Source: an uncultured Clostridia bacterium (GTDB lineage: Bacteria > Bacillota > Clostridia > Oscillospirales > CAG-272). From it: a stretch of DNA of 64,000 bases. The stretch spans positions 1,695-65,694 of the forward strand of contig CANPFW010000002.1 in NCBI GenBank assembly GCA_947573405.1, written 5' to 3'. How positions within the stretch are numbered: the first letter of the stretch is position 1; each line of letters begins with the position of its first letter. The position numbers and the translations under genes are program-made. The notes below the pieces were generated by a model. It did not search any database. It was not told the DNA's origin and saw only the letters and a program-made list of their open reading frames with translations. This document shows, in pieces, positions 1-9,510 of the stretch.

Positions 1-272
1 ACTTCTCCTGGAACAGCCAATTCCCCCGATGTAAATGTGTGCTGCAAATAACCGTTTTCTACCGTGCACATACTATACGACACAGTTCCATCCGGCTTCT
101 CCGCATATAAAGTAACGGTACAGTCAGTCGGCACCTGATATGTAGCACCCCGCTCTACTAAATGAATGCATACAGTTCTGGACAAGCTGTCGCCTGTACG
201 GAATCCCATAAGCGTCTGTTGTATTCCGCCCTGCTGCACATCCAAATTCATTCTATATGTTATTTCCCTCAT
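1..272 (-). CDS. N-terminal part of a BppU-N-like (phage baseplate upper protein-like) protein; C-terminus lies beyond the window start
   Basis: Not in the ORF track (no stop inside window). Hand translation of the reverse strand from ATG 272-270 is open to position 1: MREITYRMNLDVQQGGIQQTLMGFRTGDSLSRTVCIHLVERGATYQVPTDCTVTLYAEKPDGTVSYSM... GGGAGG lies directly upstream (282-277). The GD..SR....L...G......V.LYA.KPDGT pattern is what I recall for BppU_N domains of Firmicute prophages. Confidence 0.4.
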   Translation of the reverse strand, partial: MREITYRMNLDVQQGGIQQTLMGFRTGDSLSRTVCIHLVERGATYQVPTDCTVTLYAEKPDGTVSYSMCTVENGYLQHTFTSGELAVPGE

Positions 273-499
273 GCTTCCTCCCTGCTGCTTTTGCAGCAAT
301 ATTTATTAGCAGGAATAATGTAAACAACCGCGCCGGTTCGCGGCATATCTAAAATTGTCCGCTTAAAATTTAAAATCCTGCCGCCGTTATTGTAACGATT
401 TTCCGAAGGATTTTCTCCCATGACGGCTTCAAATAAAAAATTCTCCCATGTGGAAATCCGCTGCGCGGCTCCATAGGGAGGCAACATGCCGTCAGGCAT
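269..499 (-). CDS. small hypothetical protein (76 aa), apparently translationally coupled to the BppU-like ORF
   Basis: Track ORF. Its TGA (271-269) overlaps the ATG (272-270) of the next ORF in an ATGA junction. No recognisable domain. Confidence 0.3.
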   Translation of the reverse strand: MPDGMLPPYGAAQRISTWENFLFEAVMGENPSENRYNNGGRILNFKRTILDMPRTGAVVYIIPANKYCCKSSREEA

Positions 500-552
500 G
501 GCTGGAAGGACTGTCTAAACAGTCCGGTTGATATATAAATACTGTAACGAAC

Positions 553-1278
553 CTATAGCCTGCGGATTCGTTTTTTTATCTTTCGAATATCTCCAAGCAT
601 GTGCACAGCATCCCGCACAATGCTAATCTTAGAATCCCGATGATTGATGATACGCACCGGAATTTCTGCAAGCGGGATCCCCAGCTTTTGTGCAATTTTG
701 ATTGCTTCCAGATCAAACGCAAACCCGTCAATTGTACAAAGGGAAAATATTTTCCGTGCTGTGTTTCCGTCAAAACATTTGAACCCGCACTGGGAGTCGG
801 TCAGGCGAAATCCCGCGCAAACAGCAATAACTTTGATGTACAGCTTAGACGCCATCCGACGCAGCATAGTATATCCTGCATATCCGTTGGGATCCAGATT
901 GCGGGATCCCAAAACAAACGGATTTCCCTCAAGAACCTTTTCGGCTCCGAGCTCAATGATATCGGTACCGTACGCCAGATCACAGTCTGTATACAAAACC
1001 ACATCCCCGCCGGAAGCAAGTATCGCGGTACGCACCGCCGCGCCTTTTCCACGGTTTTGTTTATATCCGATACACCGTACTCTGTTCATACCTTCATTCT
1101 GTACTGCATTTTGTAAAAGCTCCAAGCTTCCGTCCGTGGATCCGTCGTCACAAAAAATAATTTCCCAGTCGTATCCCTGACGCATGCAGTAAACCGTCAT
1201 GGCGCGGCAAAGGGTGCGCGCGGTAGCAGCGCAAATTGCATGTTCATTATACATCGGAATACAAACGGAAATTTTCAT
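553..1278 (-). CDS. family 2 glycosyltransferase (DPM1/GtrB-like catalytic domain, no C-terminal TM)
   Basis: 241 aa. VCIPMYNE at the N-terminus and CDDGSTDGS (DxD region) are typical of GT2 enzymes. Confidence 0.8.
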   Translation of the reverse strand: MKISVCIPMYNEHAICAATARTLCRAMTVYCMRQGYDWEIIFCDDGSTDGSLELLQNAVQNEGMNRVRCIGYKQNRGKGAAVRTAILASGGDVVLYTDCDLAYGTDIIELGAEKVLEGNPFVLGSRNLDPNGYAGYTMLRRMASKLYIKVIAVCAGFRLTDSQCGFKCFDGNTARKIFSLCTIDGFAFDLEAIKIAQKLGIPLAEIPVRIINHRDSKISIVRDAVHMLGDIRKIKKRIRRL

Positions 1279-1332
1279 AGAAATACCATGCCTTTGATTT
1301 ATAGTTTGAAATCGGAACGGATATGCTGTTTT

Positions 1333-2196
1333 TTAAACGTTATCCACAACCAATACAGCAAAATCCACTTCAACCTTTACCGTGAGCTTGTCCAGTGCCA
1401 GCAGTCTATCCCGCCCCTCACGGGGACAGCGGTAATAAAAAGGCGTCATTGTAAACAGTGCAGCAATCGTTTCCTGATCCGGCAGATCTATTTCGTAAGA
1501 CAGCGTTTCCCGCTCTGCCACTGTAAAGCCGGCAGGCATCTGAACCCCCTCGCTGACGCGGGGTTGTCCATACAATGCACAGCGCATCTCCCAAAGATGC
1601 TCCCGCCCCGCAGATACAACAACCAGCGCACCGTCTTTCTTCAAAATCCGCGCTGCCTGTTCCCCGGGTATCGGTGCAAAAATGCTGTAAACCAGATCGG
1701 CGCTCTCATCTGCCAGCGGCAGGGCAAATATATTGCCGGCAGCAAACTGCACCGTGTCCAGTTCTTTTGCCCGTGCAAGCTTCGCACCCGCCTGCGCGCC
1801 GCTTTTCGCCGCGTCAATCCCTACACCGGAGCAGGATACACCCTGCTTTTCAAACCATTGCGCAATCCGGCAGGTATGATATCCCTCGCCGCTGCCCGCA
1901 TCCACAAAAGTGACTGCGTCTCTGTTTCCAATAGCCTTATATCCCAGCCGTGCGGCTGTGTCGGACACAGCGTTGTACCATCCTCCGGACAGGAACCGAC
2001 TGCGGCTGCGGAGCATGTCCTTATCGTCTCCCGCCCGGGCAGTATTCTTTTTCCCGGGCGGTAGCAGGTTTACATAACCGGACGCAGCAATATCATAGCA
2101 GTGTCTGCGCACTCCGGTGCAAAAGAAACTGCCTTCCTGCCGGTCAAGCTGTGCACCGCACAGGGGACATATCAAAATTTCATGTATATCCGTCAT
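1333..2196 (-). CDS. rlmA: RlmA/RrmA-type 23S rRNA guanine-N1 methyltransferase
   Basis: 287 aa. N-terminal zinc ribbon (CPLC...C..RHC), then GYVNLLP and the SAM-binding VDAGSGEGY, collinear with E. coli RlmA as I recall it. Its start overlaps the sortase stop (TGATG at 2194-2198). Confidence 0.75.
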   Translation of the reverse strand: MTDIHEILICPLCGAQLDRQEGSFFCTGVRRHCYDIAASGYVNLLPPGKKNTARAGDDKDMLRSRSRFLSGGWYNAVSDTAARLGYKAIGNRDAVTFVDAGSGEGYHTCRIAQWFEKQGVSCSGVGIDAAKSGAQAGAKLARAKELDTVQFAAGNIFALPLADESADLVYSIFAPIPGEQAARILKKDGALVVVSAGREHLWEMRCALYGQPRVSEGVQMPAGFTVAERETLSYEIDLPDQETIAALFTMTPFYYRCPREGRDRLLALDKLTVKVEVDFAVLVVDNV

Positions 2197-3353
2197 CAGC
2201 TTATCGTCTCCACCAACTTTGCATGGAGTGCGTATCTGCCGTTAGCAGCCCCATTGGTACAGGTAGAAAGGGTAATCATCGTATCCCCCGCCGACAGAAC
2301 GGCATCTGATGCAAATTTGGAATTGGACACCACTTCATTTGCAAATTCAAGGAAGGAAGCTTCCGAACCAAACTCTGTGCGGAAATACTGATATTCGGCC
2401 GTTGTTTGGTAAACGGACACAGGCTGATATATATATACCCCTTCCATGGTGTAAATATAAATTTTTGCACTGCGGAAGAAATCCTCATTCAAGAATTTCG
2501 TCATATCGTGGAACATCATATTGCCTGCCGCCACGTTGTGCCCGTAGATAACTGTGTTGTAATTTTCTGTGATCGGATTTTTTGTGGTATAATCCAGGAA
2601 AATAGACCCTATAGGCAGGTAGTTATTATTGTAGGAATGATCCAAATAATAATCGTTGTCTGTTCCCAGAAGAATGGGGTAATTGATCTTTGTGCCCTCC
2701 ACATAAATCCAGCCGTACACATCGCTGTTGATTTCCCGCAGGGAGGTCAGACTAGCGCGCATCTGTTCCAACTGCTGATCGTATGCAGAAGTGCCGCCTA
2801 TGTTCCCGTCCCCCCTGCCGGAATTGATCCTGTCAAAAAGGGATTGGAGCGCAGCGTCACCGGAAAAACAGGTCAGCGTATTGTTCCAGGGATATGCCCC
2901 GGCGGCGTTTGTCTGTCCGGGAACGAAAAGATTAAAATGATCCGAGGCGTCGTTATAAATCTGACCGCCTTCTATTTTACCCCATATATTTTGCCCCAGC
3001 ATAACAAGACTGACCACAAGAACAGAGCCGAATATAAACAGCAGGGCAAGCTGTAAAATATTTGATGTTTTACTTCTCTTTCCCGGAGCGGCTTTTTTTT
3101 CGCCGTCCTGTACGGTATCTTTTTTCGCCATAAGCTCCTCCGCAGTGAGCGTGTCTACCGATTGGGTGAAATCTTCAAATGTAAAGTTTTTATCATAGGG
3201 AATTGCCACGTCTGGCGCCGGCATCATTCCGGGATTTTCCGTCGGATTTTCCGCTGCGGAAGCGCTCACCTCTTCCTGCTCCGATTTCATGGGAGCAGCG
3301 TCAGGGATCGCTGTTTCTTCTTTTTTCTTTGCAGACTTTTTCTTCTTAGACAT
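2196..3353 (-). CDS. srtB: class B sortase
   Basis: Start chosen at MSKKKK (ATG 3353-3351); the track ORF extends to 3446. Lys-rich N-terminus, one TM (ILQLALLFIFGSVLVVSLVML), GWIYVEGTKINYPIL, VIYGHN and the catalytic TLSTC motif. Confidence 0.8.
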   Translation of the reverse strand: MSKKKKSAKKKEETAIPDAAPMKSEQEEVSASAAENPTENPGMMPAPDVAIPYDKNFTFEDFTQSVDTLTAEELMAKKDTVQDGEKKAAPGKRSKTSNILQLALLFIFGSVLVVSLVMLGQNIWGKIEGGQIYNDASDHFNLFVPGQTNAAGAYPWNNTLTCFSGDAALQSLFDRINSGRGDGNIGGTSAYDQQLEQMRASLTSLREINSDVYGWIYVEGTKINYPILLGTDNDYYLDHSYNNNYLPIGSIFLDYTTKNPITENYNTVIYGHNVAAGNMMFHDMTKFLNEDFFRSAKIYIYTMEGVYIYQPVSVYQTTAEYQYFRTEFGSEASFLEFANEVVSNSKFASDAVLSAGDTMITLSTCTNGAANGRYALHAKLVETIS

Positions 3354-3475
3354 AACTGCTCCTTTCATTACATGAATGTATAATACGACACTTTGATTAT
3401 AGCCTCTGCAAGAGAGAATTACAACAAGAAATATGTAAACAATCACGAAATTTCATACTTTCTTTCAATTTTTCA

Positions 3476-3504
3476 TTGCAAAAGTGTGCATATTCATGTA
3501 CAAT
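3476..3504 (+). promoter_or_regulatory. putative sigma-A promoter of pth-mfd
   Basis: TTGCAA (3476-3481), 17-nt spacer, TACAAT (3499-3504), about 110 nt upstream of the pth ATG. Confidence 0.4.
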
Positions 3505-3612
3505 ATTACAATGATGATAAAAAGTGGGAGTTATCCTGCTGAAAATTACCCGCCGCAGCTTTGCGATGCGGGCTTGTTTTGCGTGCGCTGAAACTGAAAG
3601 GATTTTGTAATC

Positions 3613-4278
3613 ATGGCTGATATATCTGAACTTTTCAAACAGATTTCCAAAGACAAAAACGAAACGGCGGGACCGCCGACACACCTGATCGTAGGACTGG
3701 GAAATCCCGGCGCGGAATATGCGCTCACCCGGCACAATGCCGGATTTATCGCGGCGGATTTTATTGCACAGCGCCTTGGCACAGAGTGCAGCAGAGTCCG
3801 TTTTCATGCGATGACTGCACCTGCACAGTTAGCGGAACATCGGATTCTGATCATGAAACCGCAAACGTTTATGAATCGTTCCGGTGAATCAGTGCGGGAT
3901 GCAGCTTCCTTCTATAAAATACCGGCACAGAATATTATTGTTCTGGTGGATGATATTTACCTCCCCCCCGGACGGATGCGGATCCGTGCCGGCGGGACAG
4001 ACGGCGGTCACAACGGATTAAAAGATATTATTTATCAACTGGGAGACGACCGTTTTCCAAGAATCCGTATCGGCGTTGGAGAAAAAAAGCACGGAGATCT
4101 GGCAGATTGGGTGCTGGGTAAATTTTCAAAAGAAGACTTGGATTTGATGACCCCTTGCTTTACTGCATGCCATGATGCTGCCGCCTTGATTATGAAAGGA
4201 AAGACAGAAGAAGCTATGGGGCGTTTCAACGGAATGAAACCAGGGACTGTAAATGATAAAAAGGATATATTGGAATAG
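3613..4278 (+). CDS. pth: peptidyl-tRNA hydrolase
   Basis: LIVGLGNPGAEYALTRHNAGF signature. Conserved pth-mfd synteny. Confidence 0.96.
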   Translation: MADISELFKQISKDKNETAGPPTHLIVGLGNPGAEYALTRHNAGFIAADFIAQRLGTECSRVRFHAMTAPAQLAEHRILIMKPQTFMNRSGESVRDAASFYKIPAQNIIVLVDDIYLPPGRMRIRAGGTDGGHNGLKDIIYQLGDDRFPRIRIGVGEKKHGDLADWVLGKFSKEDLDLMTPCFTACHDAAALIMKGKTEEAMGRFNGMKPGTVNDKKDILE

Positions 4279-4289
4279 ATCTGATAGCA

Positions 4290-4330
4290 GAGAGATCATG
4301 CAAATATCTGCTTTTGACAATCCCTCAGCC
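4290..4330 (+). repeat. truncated copy of the mosaic intergenic repeat (spacer remnant plus right arm only)
   Basis: AGATCATGCAAATATCTGCTTTTG followed by ACAATCCCTCAG (4317-4328), compared with the family consensus AGATCCTGCAAAATGATAG....ACAATCCCTCAG. There is no left arm; it starts 12 nt after the pth stop. Confidence 0.45.
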
Positions 4331-4414
4331 AATTTGCAATCACTCCACGTCTGTTTTTAAACTGAAATTACACCTTTCATCTATAATGAACCAAAGAAAG
4401 GCATTATCATAACC

Positions 4415-7400
4415 ATGAACAATCAAACCTTACTGCTTTCGGCAATCCGCTCCTGCCGGGAATATACAGCGCTGTCGGATGCACTTGCCGTCTCCCGCCG
4501 CAGAGCGGTACGCCGCCCTGTCTGTGTCAACGGACTGTGCGAAGGAGCCCAGCCCCTGTTTCTTTCCGCACTGACCGGAGACGAAACTGCCGCCTGCCGC
4601 AGAGTGCTGCTGCTGTATTCCAGTGACCGTGCCGCCGCTGATGAAGCGATGCGCCTGTCAGAACAGGGAATCCCGGCATATCACTTCCCAGTGCGGGACT
4701 ATCAGTTTCACAATACGACAGCCTCCCGCGACTACGAGCGCGGGCGGCTTCTTGTGCTGTCTGCATTGCTTTTTTCTGAAACGCCTTTTGCTGTCTGCGC
4801 GACTGTGGAAGCAATCCTCCAAACCACAGTCCCGCCGGAAGATCTGATTCATCTCACCTATACAGTGGATCCCGAACGCCCGCTGGATACAGAACGGCTG
4901 GCAGAAATACTGGTGAACGGTGGTTATACCCGGGTGGAGCTGGTGGAAGGTCCCGGGCAATTCGCCATGCGCGGCGGTATTATCGACGTATATCCCCCTG
5001 CAGAAGCCCCTGTGCGTATCGAACTGTTCGGAGATGAAATTGACCGCATGGGCAATTTCGACCCTGCTACCCAACGGTTTACAGAAACGATCCGGGAACC
5101 GCTGCGCATTCCTCCTGCAGGCGAAATTCTGCCCAGCGCACAGAGCCGGGATCTGATCCGAGCTGCCTGTGAAAAGCAGTTGAAAAAGATACAAGGCACA
5201 GAAAACGCCCGGGCAGCGGATATTCTGCGGGCAGAGCTTGCAGCGCTGGACAACGGCGAAAATATCGGATTTGCGGACAAATACCTGCCCCTGATTTATC
5301 CTGAGGCGTCCTGCTTTTTAGACTATTATGACGGACTTGCAGTCCTGTGTGAGGCGTCCGCAGTACAACAGCAGGCACAGGCAGCAGAAATGCTCACTAT
5401 GCAGACCCTGGAAGAACTGATCGGTGCGGGAGAGCTGCACAAAGCGGTGCGGGGAACATACATACATTCTTGGGCACGTATGGAAAAAGCGCTGGAAGTG
5501 CTGCCAAGTGTGCTGGTCGATCCTTTTGCGCGCAGCCATGCCGGACTGTCCCCTGCCGCAGAATTTCATTTTGAAACCAGACATATTCCTGCTTATGCCG
5601 GAAATACGTCCTTGCTTTTAGAAGATCTGGAACAGTTTGCCCATGGGAAATATCGGACGGCGATTCTCTGCGCCAACGAGACGGAAGCCGGAAACATTGC
5701 TGATATGCTATCCGATGCAGGCTATACAGCCGCCGTCTGCAATGAAAATTTGGATTTCTACGGTGCGGACAGCGCCCGTCAGCCTGTAGCCCTTCTGTAC
5801 GGGGACGGGGGTGCAGGCTTTGAGCTTACAGGAGAATCGTTTGCTTTTCTGAATTATTCCGGGATACCGGGATCTGCCGCAGGCAGGCGCAAGCGGAAAA
5901 AGGCTGCGGCAAAGAAGAACCGGGAAGCCATCCTCTCTTACAGCGATCTTACCGAAGGAGATTATGTAGTCCATGAGGCATACGGCATCGGGCTGTTTGA
6001 AGGAATTGAAAATCTTACCGTAGACGGCATGTCCCGGGACTATGTAAAAATCAAATATGCCGGAACAGATCAATTGTTTCTGCCGGTAGATCAGTTGGAT
6101 TTGCTTTCCAAATATATCGGTGCCGCTGCCGAAGGAGGCGGGGTACGCCTGTCCAAAATGGGCGGATCCGACTGGAGCCGTGCGAAAAGCCGCGCCAGCG
6201 CCTCCGCCAAGGAAATGGCAAAGGAACTGATCGAACTGTATGCACGCCGTCGGCGTGCAAAAGGCATCGCCTTCCCGCCGGAGGACGATATGGGCAGGCA
6301 GTTTGCCGCTGCATTCCCCTATGAAGAAACGGACAGCCAGCTTACAGCCATTGCAGACGTAAACCGGGACATGGAAGCGGACTATCCTATGGATCGCATT
6401 GTATGTGGAGACGTTGGATATGGAAAAACCGAGGTTGCGCTGCGCGCCGCTTTTAAGGCTGTATCCGGAGGGTGTCAGGTAGCAATCCTCGTACCTACTA
6501 CAATATTAGCATATCAGCATTATCAGACAGCACTCAGCCGATTCCGCGGGTTCCCTGTTTCCATAGATATGCTGTCCCGGTTTCGGAGCAAAGCCCAGCA
6601 GACTGCGTCCCTACGCCGTCTGCGCCGGGGAGAAACCGATATTGTAATCGGAACCCACCGGCTGATTTCTGAGGACATCACATTCAAAAAACTAGGACTG
6701 GTTATCGTGGACGAGGAACAGCGCTTCGGCGTTGCCCAGAAAGAAAAGCTGAAAGAAGCTGCAATCGGCGCGGATATGCTGACGCTTACCGCTACACCGA
6801 TCCCCCGGACGCTGAACATGGCAATGGGCGGCATTCTGGATATGAGTGTGCTGGACGATGTGCCGGGGATGCGTTCCCCCGTGCAAACCTATGTAATGGA
6901 GCACGAGGACGGGATTTTATACGAGGCAATCCGGCGGGAGCTGCGCCGGGGCGGACAGGTATTTTATCTGAACAACAATGTGGAATATTTATACACCATT
7001 GCAGGCAAACTGGGGCGGGCTGTTCCGGAGGCACGCTGCGCCGTGGCCCACGGACGTATGGATCGGGACGAGCTGGAAGAAGTTTGGGAAGGACTTGTTG
7101 AAGGAGAAATTGACGTGCTGATCTGCACAACGATTATTGAAACAGGTGTAGATATTCCCAATGCAAACACGCTGATTATAGAAAACGCAGACCGGTTCGG
7201 GCTGTCCCAGCTTCATCAGATCCGCGGACGTGTCGGACGTTCCAACCGCCGGGCATACGCATATTTTACCTATCCGAAAATGAAGCAGCTTTCGGAAATC
7301 GCAGATAAGCGGCTTCAGGCGATCCGGGAATATGCAGCGTTCGGCGCAGGCTTCAAGATTGCGCTGCGGGATTTGGAAATCCGCGGCGCGGGGAATCTGT

Positions 7401-7960
7401 TGGGAGAGCAGCAGCACGGGCACATGGAAGCCGTAGGCTACGACATGTACATCAAGCTGCTGGAGGAAGCGGTTCTGGAGGAAAAGGGCGAAGAAAAGAA
7501 AGTGCGCGCGGAATGTGCAGTCAGTGTGCGGGCAGACGCATACCTGCCGAAAAGTTACATCCGGGATCAGGCACAGCGTATGGAAATGTACCGTAAGATT
7601 GCAAAAATCCAGTGTGAGGAAGATTTCTCCGATATGATTGACGAGCTGTGCGACCGGTTTGGCGATCCGCCGCGCAGTGCTATGATGCTATGCCGCATTG
7701 CCCTTTTGCGCGGGCTGGGCGTGCAGGCAGGAATGGAAAAAATTGAGGAACGGGACAGAGAACTGATGCTGTGTTCCAAAACGCCGGATCTCACAGCAGT
7801 GCAGCAGCTTTCCGGCAAATATCCGGGTGCGGTCCGGATGACCATCGGCGCTGTACCGGTAATCACTGTCAAGAAGCCCCGCGGGGTACAGACGGTAGAC
7901 TTCCTCTGCGATTTGTTAACGGAATATATACAGTTTCTTCCTACGCAGGCAAAGGAATGA
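4415..7960 (+). CDS. mfd: transcription-repair coupling factor
   Basis: 1181 aa. SF2 helicase motifs GDVGYGKTEVA and DEEQRFGV, RNAP-interaction region and TRCF C-terminal region. Confidence 0.97.
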   Translation: MNNQTLLLSAIRSCREYTALSDALAVSRRRAVRRPVCVNGLCEGAQPLFLSALTGDETAACRRVLLLYSSDRAAADEAMRLSEQGIPAYHFPVRDYQFHNTTASRDYERGRLLVLSALLFSETPFAVCATVEAILQTTVPPEDLIHLTYTVDPERPLDTERLAEILVNGGYTRVELVEGPGQFAMRGGIIDVYPPAEAPVRIELFGDEIDRMGNFDPATQRFTETIREPLRIPPAGEILPSAQSRDLIRAACEKQLKKIQGTENARAADILRAELAALDNGENIGFADKYLPLIYPEASCFLDYYDGLAVLCEASAVQQQAQAAEMLTMQTLEELIGAGELHKAVRGTYIHSWARMEKALEVLPSVLVDPFARSHAGLSPAAEFHFETRHIPAYAGNTSLLLEDLEQFAHGKYRTAILCANETEAGNIADMLSDAGYTAAVCNENLDFYGADSARQPVALLYGDGGAGFELTGESFAFLNYSGIPGSAAGRRKRKKAAAKKNREAILSYSDLTEGDYVVHEAYGIGLFEGIENLTVDGMSRDYVKIKYAGTDQLFLPVDQLDLLSKYIGAAAEGGGVRLSKMGGSDWSRAKSRASASAKEMAKELIELYARRRRAKGIAFPPEDDMGRQFAAAFPYEETDSQLTAIADVNRDMEADYPMDRIVCGDVGYGKTEVALRAAFKAVSGGCQVAILVPTTILAYQHYQTALSRFRGFPVSIDMLSRFRSKAQQTASLRRLRRGETDIVIGTHRLISEDITFKKLGLVIVDEEQRFGVAQKEKLKEAAIGADMLTLTATPIPRTLNMAMGGILDMSVLDDVPGMRSPVQTYVMEHEDGILYEAIRRELRRGGQVFYLNNNVEYLYTIAGKLGRAVPEARCAVAHGRMDRDELEEVWEGLVEGEIDVLICTTIIETGVDIPNANTLIIENADRFGLSQLHQIRGRVGRSNRRAYAYFTYPKMKQLSEIADKRLQAIREYAAFGAGFKIALRDLEIRGAGNLLGEQQHGHMEAVGYDMYIKLLEEAVLEEKGEEKKVRAECAVSVRADAYLPKSYIRDQAQRMEMYRKIAKIQCEEDFSDMIDELCDRFGDPPRSAMMLCRIALLRGLGVQAGMEKIEERDRELMLCSKTPDLTAVQQLSGKYPGAVRMTIGAVPVITVKKPRGVQTVDFLCDLLTEYIQFLPTQAKE

Positions 7961-8019
7961 GCCTGCCGGCATGGTAAAATACAGGATAGGGCAAACTTGT
8001 CCGCAGAAAGGATTTTGAA

Positions 8020-9132
8020 ATGAAGATAAAATACAGATCTGCCGCCGCACTGCTGGGACTGCTTCTTTTGCTGTCCGTCTGTCTGCAGGGCTGCGGGGGA
8101 GATTCCAGTGCAGCTGTACTGACGCTGGGGGATGTGACAATCAGTGAAAACGTGTATCATTTCTGGGCAAGCAGCTACAAGGGAGATTTTCTTTACAGAT
8201 ACGAGGATGTGAAAAACACCGAAGAATTCTGGAAAAGCGAACTGATTGACGGGATCAGCGCGGCAGAATATTTTGATACGGTGATACTGGAAAACATTCA
8301 GTACACGATGGTATGTATGCACTTGTTTGAGGAATACGGGCTGGTGATTTCCGCATCGGAGAAGCAGAGCATACAGGATCGGATTTCCGATTATCTCAAA
8401 GAATATGCCCAGGGGAACCGGAATCTGTTCAATCAAGTGCTGGGTGAATATGGCGTAAATGCGAAGCTGCTTGAAAAAATTTATATTGACGATGCAAAGG
8501 TCTCCAAGGTATATGAATATCTGTACGGAGAAGATGGACAAACGCCTTTGACTGCGGAACAGCTGGAAGCATATTATCAGGAAAATTACGTGCACTTTCA
8601 AATGATATTTATCAACAATAAGTATCGGAATAAAACGGACAGCAACGGAAAATATATCACCGATGACAGCGGGCTGGTTCTCACAGAAGAACTGGACGAG
8701 GATACGAAAGCTCAGCGGGATGCGGCAATACAAAAGGTGCAGGAAGGTCTTGCCGCCGGAGAAACGTTTGCAGACTTGTACGAAACGTATTCTGAACTCA
8801 AGGCATACGAAAACGGGTACTATTTCAGCACAGGAACTACCTACAATGACAAAATCTATTACGATCTGATTCAGAAGGCAAGGACCATGGAGCCGGAGGA
8901 AACAGCCACCGTCGAGGGCGACTACGGAACTTGTATTATACAAAAGCTGGAACTGAATGAGGGCGCCTGGGAGGATAAAGAAAACAGCGATTTCTTTGAC
9001 AGTTACAAGGATACGGTGGGAGATACCGTTTTCCGGGAATTTCTCCGGGAATATTTTGACGATATAACGGTGGATACAGAAGCAATTGCGGCATATTCCA
9101 TTGCGGAAGTTACGCCAAACTACACGTTTTGA
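8020..9132 (+). CDS. lipoprotein, PrsA/SurA-like foldase with a degenerate parvulin-like C-terminal half
   Basis: Lipobox LSVCLQGC. The position after mfd is typical for prsA-like genes in Firmicutes. The C-terminal half follows the parvulin layout (YVHFQMIFI ... GLAAGETFADLYETYSE ... GDYGTCIIQKLEL), but catalytic residues are not obvious. Confidence 0.5.
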   Translation: MKIKYRSAAALLGLLLLLSVCLQGCGGDSSAAVLTLGDVTISENVYHFWASSYKGDFLYRYEDVKNTEEFWKSELIDGISAAEYFDTVILENIQYTMVCMHLFEEYGLVISASEKQSIQDRISDYLKEYAQGNRNLFNQVLGEYGVNAKLLEKIYIDDAKVSKVYEYLYGEDGQTPLTAEQLEAYYQENYVHFQMIFINNKYRNKTDSNGKYITDDSGLVLTEELDEDTKAQRDAAIQKVQEGLAAGETFADLYETYSELKAYENGYYFSTGTTYNDKIYYDLIQKARTMEPEETATVEGDYGTCIIQKLELNEGAWEDKENSDFFDSYKDTVGDTVFREFLREYFDDITVDTEAIAAYSIAEVTPNYTF

Positions 9133-9170
9133 TAAAAACGGAAAGCTTCATTATACATGCAGCATAAATC

Positions 9171-9446
9171 CCCCCAGCAAAGGAAGGTGACTCGCCGCAG
9201 TTCCCACCAAACTTCATATGCCTCCCCCCCGCAAAGGGAGGTGGCGCGGCGCAAGCCGCGTCGGAGGGATTGTCCACGTATTACTTCCAATTTTGTTGAT
9301 CCTGCAAAATGACAGCAAAACAATCCCTCAGTCACAGCAGAGCTGTGACAGCTCCCTTTACACAAGGGAGCCTTTTTGTGTTTTATACTCCGCGACAGTT
9401 CCCCATGGAACCACGTAGTGGATCCTCGCATGGAAGCCTTTTTGTA
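9171..9446 (+). repeat. mosaic intergenic repeat, locus R1 (modules A-A-B-C-D-E-G)
   Basis: Arms GGAGGGATTGT 9263-9273 and ACAATCCCTC 9320-9329 (46-nt spacer). B hairpin CGCGGC-GCAA-GCCGCG. D hairpin GTCACAGC-AGA-GCTGTGAC. E module GCTCCCTTTACACAAGGGAGC+T5. G box CCACGTAGTGGATCCTCGCATGG. Confidence 0.9.
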
Positions 9447-9510
9447 TTTGTGCTCCTCTGATCTCTCCCCTTACGAAACCAAACAAAAAGAGGGGCATAT
9501 GCCCCTCTTT

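Noticed and set aside
7567-8943. 458-aa minus-strand ORF overlapping the mfd 3' end and the lipoprotein gene; similarly 22284..23507 (+) antisense to the two-domain lipoprotein gene
   Set aside because: Both are antisense to genes with clear signal peptides or domains. Both have Ile/Phe/Cys-rich nonsense-like composition and no RBS.
9120-9431. Short ORFs running through the repeat loci that share peptides such as KAPLCKGSCHS.AVTEGL or GSSHG (9120..9431, 17828..18151, 34401..34625, 48792..48983, 57328..57510, 57428..57679, 22298..22693)
   Set aside because: The shared peptides are simply translations of repeat modules A, C, E and G in whatever frame is open. The frames, lengths and start positions differ between loci, and none has an RBS. 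They are non-coding repeats, not a protein family.
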